64,000 bases of DNA from Octopus vulgaris (GCA_951406725.2 OX597824.1:6324001-6388000); one strand, 5' to 3'; positions 1-11,440 are shown, counted from the stretch's first letter. Notes: generated from the letters alone by a model not told the origin. A program made the numbers and translations.

Positions 1-874
1 AGTATATTCTCGCAAATTCTAAATTAATAATAGCTTCTCAATATTGTGTATAATTTCTAATATTACTGAGTGTTTTCAGTAAAACACAATGGTCTCTATT
101 TTTAGGTAACCGGAATTGGAATATTTTGAATTGTTTCTCACTTTCCAAAGACAATAGGGCTGTATGAGAGTGTAAAAATTGTGGTAAGTTAGTGATAACG
201 TATGATGTAATGAATGATGTTGTTTTAAAATCTAGCTTAAAATAAATAAGCTATTAGTTTTAAAATATTAATTTAGATAATGAGTCATTTGTATAGAAGA
301 GAAACCAGTTCTGTGTTTGAGCCTCACGTAAGGTAGACTTTTTTGTTTTTCTTTTGGATCCAGGCCAGATGCAATGTCGATTCAATAACCTCGATCTAAC
401 ATTGAAATTTGTAAAATTTTGCCATTGTAAAACATAATCGTTTTCGTCGCCATCATCATCATCCCCATCTTATACATCAGCATCATTATCATCATCATTC
501 GAACATAGTCTTCGCCGACCATTTGTCGACGTCAGCCGACTTTGTTGCTTTCCCCAAAATCTCCATTAAGACAATCTTAGCTTACTATTTCATAGAACCG
601 TCTGTACATTACCAAAAACGTTTAATCGGTCTTTCTGCAATAGAAATTGATTTTCTGAAATCGAAATGAAATTCGCAGATTTTCTCGCTCTTCTATTTTA
701 TCTTGCCACAAACCGAAACGTTTCTTTGTCATCAAATTTTATAATAGTCGAACTCCAGTAGAAAGTTGGTCCGAAACGTTTGCAAGCTTCGTGAGTATGA
801 TCACACATATAAAACGCACACATACATAAATTCATAAACATATATACATGCACACACACGCGCACACAGAAACA

Positions 875-990
875 CATCCACTAAACCTTTTTTCTAGTTT
901 CTCTCCCTGTTTATTTTTGTGTTACTTTCTGTCGAAGAGCGTAGGCTCGAAACGTAAAATACTTTCTTACTTCCCGAGCATTAATTCATA
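875..990 (+). mobile_element. Short PLE-pLTR-like element with degenerate hammerhead motif (same family as 50275-50465)
   Basis: CTGTCGA-A-GAGC-gtag-GCTC-GAAA-CG-TA-aaa at 929-959; flanking sequence is similar to 50290-50400; lies between microsatellites. Confidence 0.55.
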
Positions 991-1529
991 TATATATCTA
1001 CACATACACACATATATATGTATGTATCTGTATGTGTATGTATGTACACATACACGCATATATGTAGTATATATGTAGGGAAACTGAATACAACACATAC
1101 ACAGCTACACACCTATGAGTTAAATGTCTTTTTGACAGACCTGCATAAGCGCAATTTAACATACACATCAGTAGAAGTGTACATATTTAAAAACTAATTT
1201 TGCTCAGCCGGTATTTTGGACGAGGAAAATCATCAACGGTTTAAGAGATTATTGTTAATAGTTAAAAGGTCTCGTTTGAAACAGACCCTCCTCAAGCGTG
1301 ACGTTTAAATTTAATATGAGAAACCATATAACTATCTGTAAACGAATTGAAAGCAATTTAAACCATGCACCTGTTACTCGTCCATTAATCTCAAAACATT
1401 GAGGAGTATAACAAATCAAAAATAAATTGTTAAAAAGGAGAATGCAGAAAACTGCAAGCAGGAATTATCAGTTATTCTTCATTTAAAAAAAGTGGGAAAT
1501 AAGTCTAAGAAATTGAAAATAAATATATA

Positions 1530-1992
1530 TTTCTTTATTACCCACAGGGGCTCAAACACAGAGGGGACAGACAAAGGGATTAAGTCGATGTAATTGACCC
1601 CAGTGCGCAACTGGTACTTATTTAAGGCGGCGAGCTGGCAGAAACGTTAGCACGCCGGGCGAAATGCTTAGCGGTATTTCGTCTGCGTTACATTGTGAGT
1701 TCAAATTCCGACGAGGTCGACTTTGCCTTTCATCCTTTCGGGGTCGATAAATTAAATACCAGTTACGCACTGGGGTCGATGTAATCGACTTAATACCTAT
1801 GTCTGTCCTTGTTTGTCCCCTCTGTGTTTAGCCCCTTGTGGGTAATAAAGAAATAGGTACTTATTTAATCGACCCTGAAAGGATGGAAGGCAAAGCCGAC
1901 CACAGCGGAATTTGAACTCAGAACGTAACGGCAGAAGAAATATCACTAGGCATTTCTCCGGCATGCTAACGATTCTGCCAGCTCGCCGCCCT
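1530..1992 (-). mobile_element. tRNA-derived SINE family A (Deu/Nin-like domain), outer copy interrupted by a nested copy
   Basis: Reverse complement of the family A sequence, split at a 13-bp duplication ggtacttatttaa (1613-1625, 1856-1868). Confidence 0.85.
1626..1855 (+). mobile_element. SINE family A, full length, nested antisense in another family A copy
   Basis: Head ggcggcgagctggcagaa, B box gagttcaaattc, core gcctttcatcctttcggggtcgataaattaa, tail aaagaaata; 13-bp TSD. Confidence 0.9.
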
Positions 1993-2006
1993 AATATATA
2001 TATATA

Positions 2007-2499
2007 CTAGCAGTATCGCCCGGCGTTGCTCGGGTTTGTAAGGGAAATAACTATATAAGCATTTTTAGAGAGTTACTTCCATTATAGATGCCAATTCGGG
2101 CTTTCTTAACCATTTCTGTTTTGGTGTCTTCAAGCCATGAAGTCGTTGTTCTAAAAGAACGCTGGTCTCCTTGACAACGCATTACGACATTGATTTCTTT
2201 ACACTCCCTTCCCCACAGCTTCACGAGGGAGGGAAGGGGGAGAAGCAAACAGGTGCAGCTGTGAGCGTGGACGCCAACTCCGCCGCCATCGACACACGAA
2301 ACATTATGCATTAAAATGGAATAAAAAATGATGTTAAATTATTTTTAAAATCGTAGACTCATCGTTGACGCGCGCTAATAGTCAGACGGGCTCGATATGA
2401 ATCACGACTATAAGATACCCGAATTTGGTTAAACTGCACCGCAAAATGTGGGAGGAGTTAGGAATCTAAATCGAAGGGGACAGACACTCACACAACTAG

Positions 2500-2579
<80 letters not shown>
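2007..2579 (-). mobile_element. Non-autonomous Helitron
   Basis: On the minus strand the 3' end reads CCCGAGCAACGCCGGG hairpin, 8-nt spacer, CTAG|T; the 5' end lies in the (TA)n run; termini are shared with the copies at 25322 and 53790. Confidence 0.8.
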
Positions 2580-3582
2580 CACGTATATATTGAGGTTCCC
2601 GTCCATGCTAAATAAAACTCTTTTCTAAGAGGTGAGCTGTCACGCGTCAGAGACCAACCTAATATTATCGCAATCATAAAATATACACATATATACACTC
2701 ATATACACACCCAAGGACAATATGTCGTATTTATGTCAATTATCCCCGCCCTAAACTCTGCGGAAAAAAAAACATGCAAATCTCATGTTCTAACCAATAC
2801 CTGTTTCAGCTCTGCTGAAGCGAAATGTTTATGCAGGAAGGACGTTAATTATTATCTTCCCCTCTCTACATAATTCCGTTAGGAGGTGTTGTCTGTTATT
2901 TGTTGACATATTTATGCTATCCAACTGCGCTCCAAACTTATGCGCAAAGTAAATGTTTACGTAAAAAAAAAATAATAATTTTTTTCTCTCCTGGACTATC
3001 GTTATTTTAATTACTTTAGGTTTTTTTATGTTTATTCCACTTTGTTGACATTATTACTGCAGTCACTACTAATGTTGGTGTAATTTTAACATATATCTGC
3101 ATAAATCGACGGTTTTATTGCTGTTTTTTCTATTAATTTCATACGCACATCTTTCATGCTTGTGCTTTCGGAAATATTTAACGTTTTTGTCGTCAGTTTA
3201 CCAAATGTTACCATAAAGTAATATGTTTGCATTTTCCGTATACTTTCCTAAAAGAAGAATTTGTTACTAGACGAATTCATATTCACCACCCACCTTCGAA
3301 CCATTGCAGCAATATTGAAAATAATTTTTATGAAGCAGAGAAGAATATATAACAAAACATTTCTCTTTAAATTGCGTTACCGAAACCAAACCTAACAGGA
3401 AGGATATAGACTGTACCACATCTCTATGCACTGTGACGTCCGAAAATATTTATATTTTATAACATTAACGCACGGTTTCAAACTTTTGAGCAAGTGTTTC
3501 ACATTAGTGACTTCGTGGACGTTTTACCAAGTCCTAAAGGACGACAGAGTAAGCCATTGAAACCGAAGCAACGCAAGATTAA

Positions 3583-3708
3583 CTCATTTTTACCTGCTGA
3601 GGGGACTGAAGCAACATGAAATGCTCAAGAACACAACGTGTCGCCCGGTCCAGGAATCGAAACCACAATCTTATGTTCATGGGTCCGACACTCTAACCAC
3701 TAAGCCAC
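3583..3708 (-). mobile_element. Old tRNA-derived SINE head (family D)
   Basis: Minus strand gtggcttagtggttag (A box) ... ggtttcgattcc (B box) ... gttgtgttcttgagca. Confidence 0.65.
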
Positions 3709-4155
3709 AACTACCAAATGTAATAACACTTAAATCACTTTCAAACAGTTTTATCAAATATTGAGTGTAAGTCAAGATTTTGGTGAATTGATCACCAATC
3801 GAGTTGTCAAGGATCGTGTAATTCAAGCAGCTACGCTAAACTAATAAGAATGCAACAAACCAAGCCTTTATCAGATCCAAAGAATGTTAGAATGTAGCTA
3901 GAAAGAGGCGAGACTGACTGATCACAGAGGTATACCCCACTCGTGGCACTGGTGTTTAAGCAGATTATAACTCCGATACAGCTTCCTTTGAAAGACCAAA
4001 CTGAAAGAATATAGTGGTGTTGTGGATGCAGGATCCGTATAATATGGAGTGTGGATCAGGCCGAGCAAAGATTTTGAGTCTGAGGTTGGCGTTGCGTGTA
4101 TTTATAGTTGAATGAGACAGAAAAACAACTGCTGTTAATGACTGAAGAATTAGAT

Positions 4156-4373
4156 TACTCTGTTTTACTCTTTTACTTTTTTCAGTCATTTGACTGTGGC
4201 CATGCTGGAGCACCGCCTTTAGTAGAGAAAATCGCCCCCAGGACTTATTCCTTGTAAGCCTAGTACTTATTCTACCGGTCTCTTTTGCCGAACCGCTAAG
4301 TTACAGAGACTTAAACACACCAGCATCGGTTGTCAAGCGATGTTGGGGGACAAACACAGACACACAAACATAT

Positions 4374-4430
<57 letters not shown>

Positions 4431-4592
4431 TACGACGGGCTTCTTTCAGTTTCCGTCTACCAAATACACTCACAAGGCTTTGGTTGGCCCGCGGTTATAA
4501 TAGAAGACACTTGCCCAAGATGCCACGCAGTGGGACTGAAACCGGAACAATGTGGTTCGTAAGCAACCTACTAACCACACAGCCACTCGCCT
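4156..4592 (-). mobile_element. SINE family B (tRNA head, CORE-like ttgggcaagtg box, internal microsatellite, gcatggccgcagtc...gtaaaaga tail)
   Basis: Near identical to at least eight other copies in the window. Confidence 0.9.
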
Positions 4593-5106
4593 TCGCATTA
4601 GAAAGGGACGGAATTCCAGCAGTAGTGTGTCAAAATGAAAGTACAACCTCATAGAGATGTTTATCTGTTAATGCTGGCTTTGCAAAATTGAAAGCATTAA
4701 AAGTTGTTAATGTTTTATAACAATTCTGTAAATTCCTAGATGGATGTTGCACAAATTCAGACGTGTGAGAAGCATAAATGATGGTTCTTATACGAACAAC
4801 AGAATACAATATGGGAGATGTTTTGAAGGATTTCTCTACATACTACCAAAAGAACGGTGTAAGACCAAACTAAGCATTATATGAGTTTGTCATACATTTC
4901 ACACGGAATTATGTGCAAAAGGGTGTATGTCATGCGCATACTTAAAAACGCACATGCGCACACAGGCACGGAGGCACATATATATACGCGTACACACACA
5001 CACACATATATAAGGTGTAAAACGCACATGGGAAACTAGAAACCAAGACATACTGAGTCTATAAGACATACTGATATGTGTGTATATATATATGTATATA
5101 TATATG

Positions 5107-5173
<67 letters not shown>

Positions 5174-5211
5174 GTATGAATATATTATTATATTATATCA
5201 TAATATAAAGA

Positions 5212-5260
<49 letters not shown>

Positions 5261-5267
5261 ATGTGTA

Positions 5268-5940
5268 TAATGAATTATTAATTAATAAATCTTAGTGTAG
5301 CAAAAATATTATAGAAAAATTCTTTGCTACCAGTGGTCTAGCCAGAAGGAAAAAATTAGTCATTAGCCTATATATTATTCATACAGAAATACAGTGTACA
5401 TTTAAATACATAAGAGATTACCGTAATAGGACATCTGACTCACTAGAAAGAGCAGTTAAACTCCAAACCACTAATACTTATAATTCTGAAAGGTAACGAA
5501 AAATAAAATCATTTACCCTAGGACTATGCATAGTTTCGTAAATCTTTTGCACATAAAATAAAATAATTTTAATTTACAACTGGCGTTGCCATCTTCAGCA
5601 GAAAAAAACATTATAACATATAAACACGAGGCATGTTCATTATCGCCTCGTGTCTATATGTGAGTCTTGGCCTCCTGCTGAAGATGGCAACGCCAGTTGT
5701 AAATTAAAATTATTTTATTTTATTTGCAAAAGATTGCCGAAACTATGCATAGTCTAGGAAAGATAGGGTAAATGTTTTTATTTTTCATTCCTTTTCAGAA
5801 TTATAACTGTTAGTGGTTTGGAGTTTAACTGCTCTTTCTAGTGAGTCAGATGTCCTATTCTGATCATCTCTTATGTGTTTAATGTACATTGTATTTTTCT
5901 ATATAATGAATTAAATACAAGCATCTATATAAAGCATATG
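5268..5940. mobile_element. Fold-back (palindromic) PLE-pLTR-like element between microsatellites
   Basis: Imperfect inverted arms at about 5377-5632 and 5645-5911, each carrying a hammerhead core. Confidence 0.8.
5673..5759 (+). ncRNA. Type I hammerhead ribozyme, canonical core, extended stem II
   Basis: Stem I tcctg/tagga; CTGAAGA 5678-5684; stem II ggcaa/ttgcc extended by ttgtaaat/atttgcaa; GAAA 5739-5742; palindromic stem III ACTATGCATAGT; predicted GUC cleavage after 5754. Confidence 0.75.
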
Positions 5941-6047
5941 TAATATATATATATATAGATCAAAACAGTTAGATTCAAACTTTTGATCCATACATGTATC
6001 TCCTAATAAAATGGTTGAGTGCCCTTCTTTCATTTGCCCATTCACTC

Positions 6048-6109
<62 letters not shown>

Positions 6110-7019
6110 CGCTTTTGGATTTCGTTCGTAATGCAGATGAGTAGAATAAATTTATTGATTAAAACTAGAACTGCTTGCAATTTGATTGGAGTTAATAAAG
6201 GTCTCTACACAAGGAAGTGTAATGCATCTGAATATTTTTTCGCCTGTTAAAACAAAAGGTACCTCGAATTAGAATAAACCACAAGCTAACACACAATACT
6301 CCTTTATAATGTCATAGAGTATTGAAAATTTAATTATTAAAACTGGAATTTCGAAAACGAAGGATCATTATTTGGTTGGTTTTTTGCTGTTGATTATTAA
6401 CGTGTTCAGCACAAGGGAATACAACGTATGAGAAAGTATCTGTTCTTTAGAAGAAAAGAAACCACAAACGAGAATAAAGAACTCAATAATTATTTATAAC
6501 GTGTTTTATTTATTTCTCTTTTTTTTTTTCATCAAAGCTGGGAAATGGTATGTCATTAAGTTCTACTACCTTTGCATTTCGGTTGCCGTTAATAATGGAC
6601 TCAGAATAAGAGGCACTAAAGCATTAGAATCTGTTTGTTAGATGGAACAAAAGAAACTTTAAACCAGAATTTTTTATTTTAAAGAAGCACAATACTAATT
6701 TATAACGTATTAGAGAATTATGAATTTATTTATTGAAGCTGACATTTCGAAAGTGAAATGTCGTTATTTCAATTTTGGTTGTGGTTAATAATCTTCAACA
6801 TCATCTCTCAACGCAAGTCTGTTAGAACAAAGGAGGACTCCGCCGCCAATAAAGAACATCAGACTAGTTTATTATGTTGCAAGTTATCATATAAGTTTAT
6901 TTATTAAAGCTGTAATTTGTAAAGTAAATTGCCATTCATTTTCTTCTGGGACCATTTGAGATCGTTGTCTTTTAAATGGCTTAAGAGAAAGAAGTGTAAT
7001 ATAATTTCTACGACAGAAA

Positions 7020-7480
7020 CAAGGCCTGAAACTTTGTGGGGAGGGATAGTCAATTGCATTGTCCCGAGATGGCAGAAACGTTAGCATACCGGGTGAAATG
7101 CTTAGAGGTATTTCGTCTGCCGTTATGTTCTGAGTTCAAATTCCGCCAAGGTTGACTTTGCCTCTCATCCTTTCGGGGTCGATTAAATAAGTACCAGTTA
7201 CGCACTGGGGTCGATTAAATAAGTACCAGTTATGCACTGGGGTCGATGTAATCGACTTAATCCGTTTGCCTGTCCTTGTTTGTCCCCTCTGTGTTTAGCC
7301 CCTTGTGGGCAATAAAGAAATAGGATAGTCAATTACATTGTCCCGAGGGTTCAACAGATACTTATTTTACCGACCCCAAAAGAATTGAAGACAAAATTGA
7401 CCTCGGCGGAATTCGAACGCAGTAACGTTAAGACGGCTGAAATACCGATAAGCTAATGATTCTGGTAACTGGCCACTTTT
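7020..7480. mobile_element. Family A SINE (+, 7069-7322) nested antisense in an older related SINE (-)
   Basis: 25-bp TSD ggatagtcaatt(g/a)cattgtcccgag at 7044-7068 and 7323-7347; the inner copy has an internal tandem duplication of about 32 bp. Confidence 0.85.
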
Positions 7481-7869
7481 CATATATAAGAGGGATTTTT
7501 TTTAAAAAGCTACATTGGAATTTCTCAGTAAGTACTTAATAAGAATTTTTTTTAAATATTAGAATTTAAAAAAGAATAAAACATAATCTGACATCAACAA
7601 CAGATAAGGTTTTTACGACCAAGACCTCAATCTGCCATGTTCGACCATGAATTTTCACTTGTTTGAGCAGGGGGGTGAAAGAAAATTTTAGGAATAATGG
7701 AAGTCGTTTGTGGATGGAAGCCTCCGCACTACACTTTAGAAATTTTTTATCCAAGAGATAAAAATCGTCGCCTCGATGACACGGCAGGCATTGCTGTTAT
7801 AGCGCAAAAAGCCGGATCAAATACTGCGTACAATGTCGTCCAATGTATTAACAGTTTTGTTAAGTATAC

Positions 7870-8015
7870 CCATTGTCTTGGCACAATTTTAACAACACTT
7901 GAATAGATGAAAGGTAAAGTAGACCTAACTGAGATTCGAGCCCAGAACCTAGAGAGTCGGGAACAAATACCGCAAGGTTTTCTATCCAACGTTCTAATGA
8001 CTCTACTAATTCGAT
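7870..8015 (-). mobile_element. Old diverged family A-related SINE fragment
   Basis: gatgaaaggtaaagtagacc...gagattcgagcccagaac resembles the reverse complement of the family A core and B box. Confidence 0.55.
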
Positions 8016-8399
8016 ATAACTCTTTTGCAATCATATACTATAAATGTCATAACGAAAGCTATGGCATAGCACCCCCACCACCATCAAACTGTATCATGTC
8101 TCTACATATTTGAAAAGACCGGAATTAGATTCAGCCGCAGTTTTTCTGTACAGGTTCTTTCGGAAGCCGAAATATTGAAGATAAAAGAGAAATACTGACG
8201 TCATTCAGTCAGTAACAAAAACATGGTCTACGGAACTGTCGGTAAGAACTAAAACTACCGAAATGAATATTTGGGATCGGAAATAACAAGTAGATAAAAG
8301 CTTTCATCTTAGCAGTGAAATTTTATATAAGTTCCTCTGTTTATGCCTAAGCACTCAACTTTGTACTGGTTTCCGAATATTTTTCTTCATTACTTTATT

Positions 8400-8805
8400 T
8401 TTTCTTTATTGCCCACAAGGGCCCAAACGTAGAGGGGACAAACAAAGGTATTAAGTCAATTATATAGATCCCAGTGCGCAACTCATCCTTAATTTATCGA
8501 CCCCGAAAGGATGAAAAGCAAAATCGACCTCGGCGGAATTTGAACTTAGAACGTAAAAACAGATGAAATACCTATTTCCTTATTACCCACAAGGGGCTAA
8601 ACATAGAGGGGACAAACAAGGACAGACATGTGTATTAAGTCGATTATATCAACCCCAGTGCGTAACTGGTACTTAATTTATCGACCCCGAAAGGATGAAA
8701 GGCAAAGTCGACCTCGGCGGAATTTGAACTCAGAACGTAGCGGCCAACGGAATACTGCTAAGCATTTCGCCCGGCGTGCTAACGTTTCTGCCAGCTTGCC
8801 GCCTT
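8400..8805 (-). mobile_element. SINE family A, full copy plus partial tandem copy
   Basis: Full copy 8571-8805, followed on the minus strand by a restart at gtatttc.tctg (8400-8570). Confidence 0.85.
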
Positions 8806-8821
8806 TTCTTCATTTCTACTT

Positions 8822-9050
8822 CCACATTTATGTCAGTGCTTGTAATGGCTGACAAGATCGATTTCTGGATGGAACAAAATTCGACAGAGATTACACTTGA
8901 TGGTCAGTATAGGCCTTGACTGGAATTAGCAGGTCCTCAGTCTTAGACGTGTATGTTCTCTGTTTGTTCGATGATGTCTTTCAAAATGTTCTACGCCACT
9001 CTTGATGGAGTGGCACCACGCTGTTCATTCTTCTGCGCGTTGGTCCCCTG
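8822..9050 (-). mobile_element. RTE-like LINE 3' remnant
   Basis: Minus-strand translation fragments GVEHFERH and CNLC...IDLVSHYKH*, resembling the RTE C-terminal C2H2 region. Confidence 0.5.
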
Positions 9051-9494
9051 ATTTACACACACACACACACAGATACACACACACACAGCATTCCACTTTC
9101 TGGTAGGTGATACTAAGGATGAGTAAACCGATCCGAAAAGCGTACATCCGTCTCTCTAGTTAGAGGTCGCATCAAACTGAATTGCTGTGCTTACGCGTAT
9201 TTGTCAATTCCAAGAATTTTCTCCAAGACAAAATACAGCAAAGGGTTTCTTACGGGTTTCAATACGCGCCAAACATATTTGAACTAGTAACAGTAATATG
9301 TGTATGTATGTGTGCGTGTGCGTGTGTTTGTGTATGTGTACATACACATACATGTATGTACACACACACACACACGCACACACACACACACATATACATA
9401 TATATATATATATATATATGTAAGTATATGCATATGACTCAAACTCAAGGGTAACATTCTGACTAGTTCTACGCAAATGATAGTTATATGTCGT

Positions 9495-9518
9495 TTATAC
9501 ACACGCACACACACACCC

Positions 9519-9554
<36 letters not shown>

Positions 9555-9594
9555 GTGTGTGTGTGTGTATATATATATATACATACATATATAC

Positions 9595-9625
<31 letters not shown>

Positions 9626-9655
9626 AATATATATACATATATACATATACATATA

Positions 9656-9724
<69 letters not shown>

Positions 9725-9765
9725 TGATGTATATATGTACATACATGCATATGTATATCAACTAA
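9495..9765. repeat. Compound (CA)/(TA)/(TG) microsatellite
   Basis: Directly visible; one of dozens of such tracts. Confidence 0.95.
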
Positions 9766-10239
9766 CCGTAACATCCAACCGCTCGTCCACTGCTGTATAT
9801 CGTATGAAATTGTAGACGAGACAGCATAACGTACAGGATTAATAACCAAATACCAAATGGTGCATTAAATATTAGTGTTACAGACATATTTCGCAGATAT
9901 AACGAGAATATTATCTTAGTGTATTAACTTTGGCAACGAACTCTAAGGAATATAGGATTTCCAGTTCTGATTATTGTACATAGAAATGTAAAAACAGTAT
10001 GAAAGCGTTTGACAGGGAGAAAAATATATTTGGTTATGCGCTCATGAAAACAAATATATACATATCCGTTCGAATTCTTTGACTACTGTTGCATAATGTG
10101 CAAAATTATACACGAGAGAGCACATTTTCGGAATGAATCACTAAATACTAACAACGTTCGCATTAGTATCTCAAAACACGCATATATAGATCTTTACACA
10201 CACACACACATATAACTACATACATACATACATGCATAT

Positions 10240-10271
10240 ATAACCAACAGGCTGATATCAACTATTCATAC

Positions 10272-10353
<82 letters not shown>

Positions 10354-10383
10354 GTGAATAGTTGATATCAGCCTGTTGGTTAT
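10240..10383. repeat. Perfect 29-bp inverted repeat enclosing a (TA)n(TG)n tract
   Basis: ataaccaacaggctgatatcaactattca (10240-10268) and tgaatagttgatatcagcctgttggttat (10355-10383). Confidence 0.9.
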
Positions 10384-10499
10384 CAAATTTTCATATGCTG
10401 ACCCACACGCAGTTATATAACTCAGGCATACTATATAATTATAAAGAGCAGGAATTTTGCTGCTAGCTGACATGTTTTAATGGATGCAAACACACACAC

Positions 10500-10536
<37 letters not shown>

Positions 10537-10934
10537 ATACTGGGGTACATGATCTTGCCGTCAACAACAATATATATATAGATATATGACGCATATCTGG
10601 TATACAACCTGTCCATATCGTAAACTTGTGTTTTTTTTTCATATCACAGCGTCCTTGGAAACTGTGTGAAGCATGACAGTTATTTCGGCTGCTGTTTTTC
10701 CCCAGCAGAAAACAGTTTCATGGAAGCATGCTTTTCCTTCGTTTCAGCCATCGCAAAAATCGACGAGCAGGGAAAGAGCACCGTAAAACAAGACACACCA
10801 CGTGACGGTACATCTTCACTCGACGATGCCGATCGACAATCTGATGCCTGAGGGTAGCATCAAGTGGTTTCTAGTGGAAGCCTGAACTATCAAGAGCTTG
10901 TTTCCGATTACTTTTGGGTAGCCTCTCATAGATA

Positions 10935-11065
10935 TATATTATATTATATTATATTATATTATATTATATTATATTATATTATATTATATTATTTTATATT
11001 ATATTATATTATATTATATTATATTATATTATATTATATTATTTTATATTATATTATATTATATT
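10935..11065. repeat. (ATATT)n pentanucleotide microsatellite
   Basis: Directly visible. Confidence 0.95.
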
Positions 11066-11117
11066 TATTACATTGTATGAGCATGTATGTGAATATATAC
11101 TCACTCATAATTCGTAA

Positions 11118-11251
11118 TATGGCGTAGCGGTTAAGAGCGCGGGCTATTAACCCCAAGATTCCGAGTTCGATTCTAGGCAGTAACCTGAGTAATAATAATA
11201 ATAATAATAATAATTATAATAATAATAATAATGATAATGATAAAGATAATA

Positions 11252-11323
<72 letters not shown>

Positions 11324-11440
11324 TTGTAAAATACCTTAGGAATGAGAACCCAGGTTCGAAATTTCCGCAAGACACCTGTTGAAGGCTGGAGGGTATATCA
11401 GCCGAAACGTTGTGTTAGCAAAACAAAATAGATGAGGACT
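11118..11440 (+). mobile_element. SINE-like element: tRNA-Ile-like Pol III head, (AAT)n, hammerhead-bearing tail
   Basis: A box tggcgtagcgg 11120-11130, anticodon arm ggg-ctattaa-ccc, B box gagttcgattc 11163-11173; (AAT)n 11190-11320; HHR motif 11371-11416. Confidence 0.65.
11371..11416 (+). ncRNA. Minimal type I hammerhead ribozyme motif (U6 variant)
   Basis: gacac-CTGTTGA-a-GGCTG-gagggtatat-CAGCC-GAAA-cg-TT-gtgtt; stem I gacac/gtgtt, palindromic stem III ACGT. Confidence 0.65.

Noticed and set aside
4340-4654. Recurring peptides RRASFSFRLPNPLTR..., WYLIYRPRKDERQSRPRRNLNSER... and FQSFDCGHAGAPPL...
   Set aside because: Chance frames through SINE families A and B; the recurrence reflects SINE copy number.
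9105-9152. Possible hammerhead (GGAT...ATCC-GAAA-agcg-TA-catcc)
   Set aside because: No recognisable CUGAnGA core or stem I partner upstream.
9182-9849. Long ORFs rich in YI/HT/CV/MYVC repeats (here and at about 15.0, 19.1, 23.8, 28.6, 30.8, 44.8, 46.4, 58.8 and 63 kb)
   Set aside because: They are translations of stop-free microsatellites, not genes.
11118-11190. Functional tRNA gene
   Set aside because: Has A and B boxes and an anticodon-like arm, but no acceptor stem and no terminator; treated as a SINE-like head.
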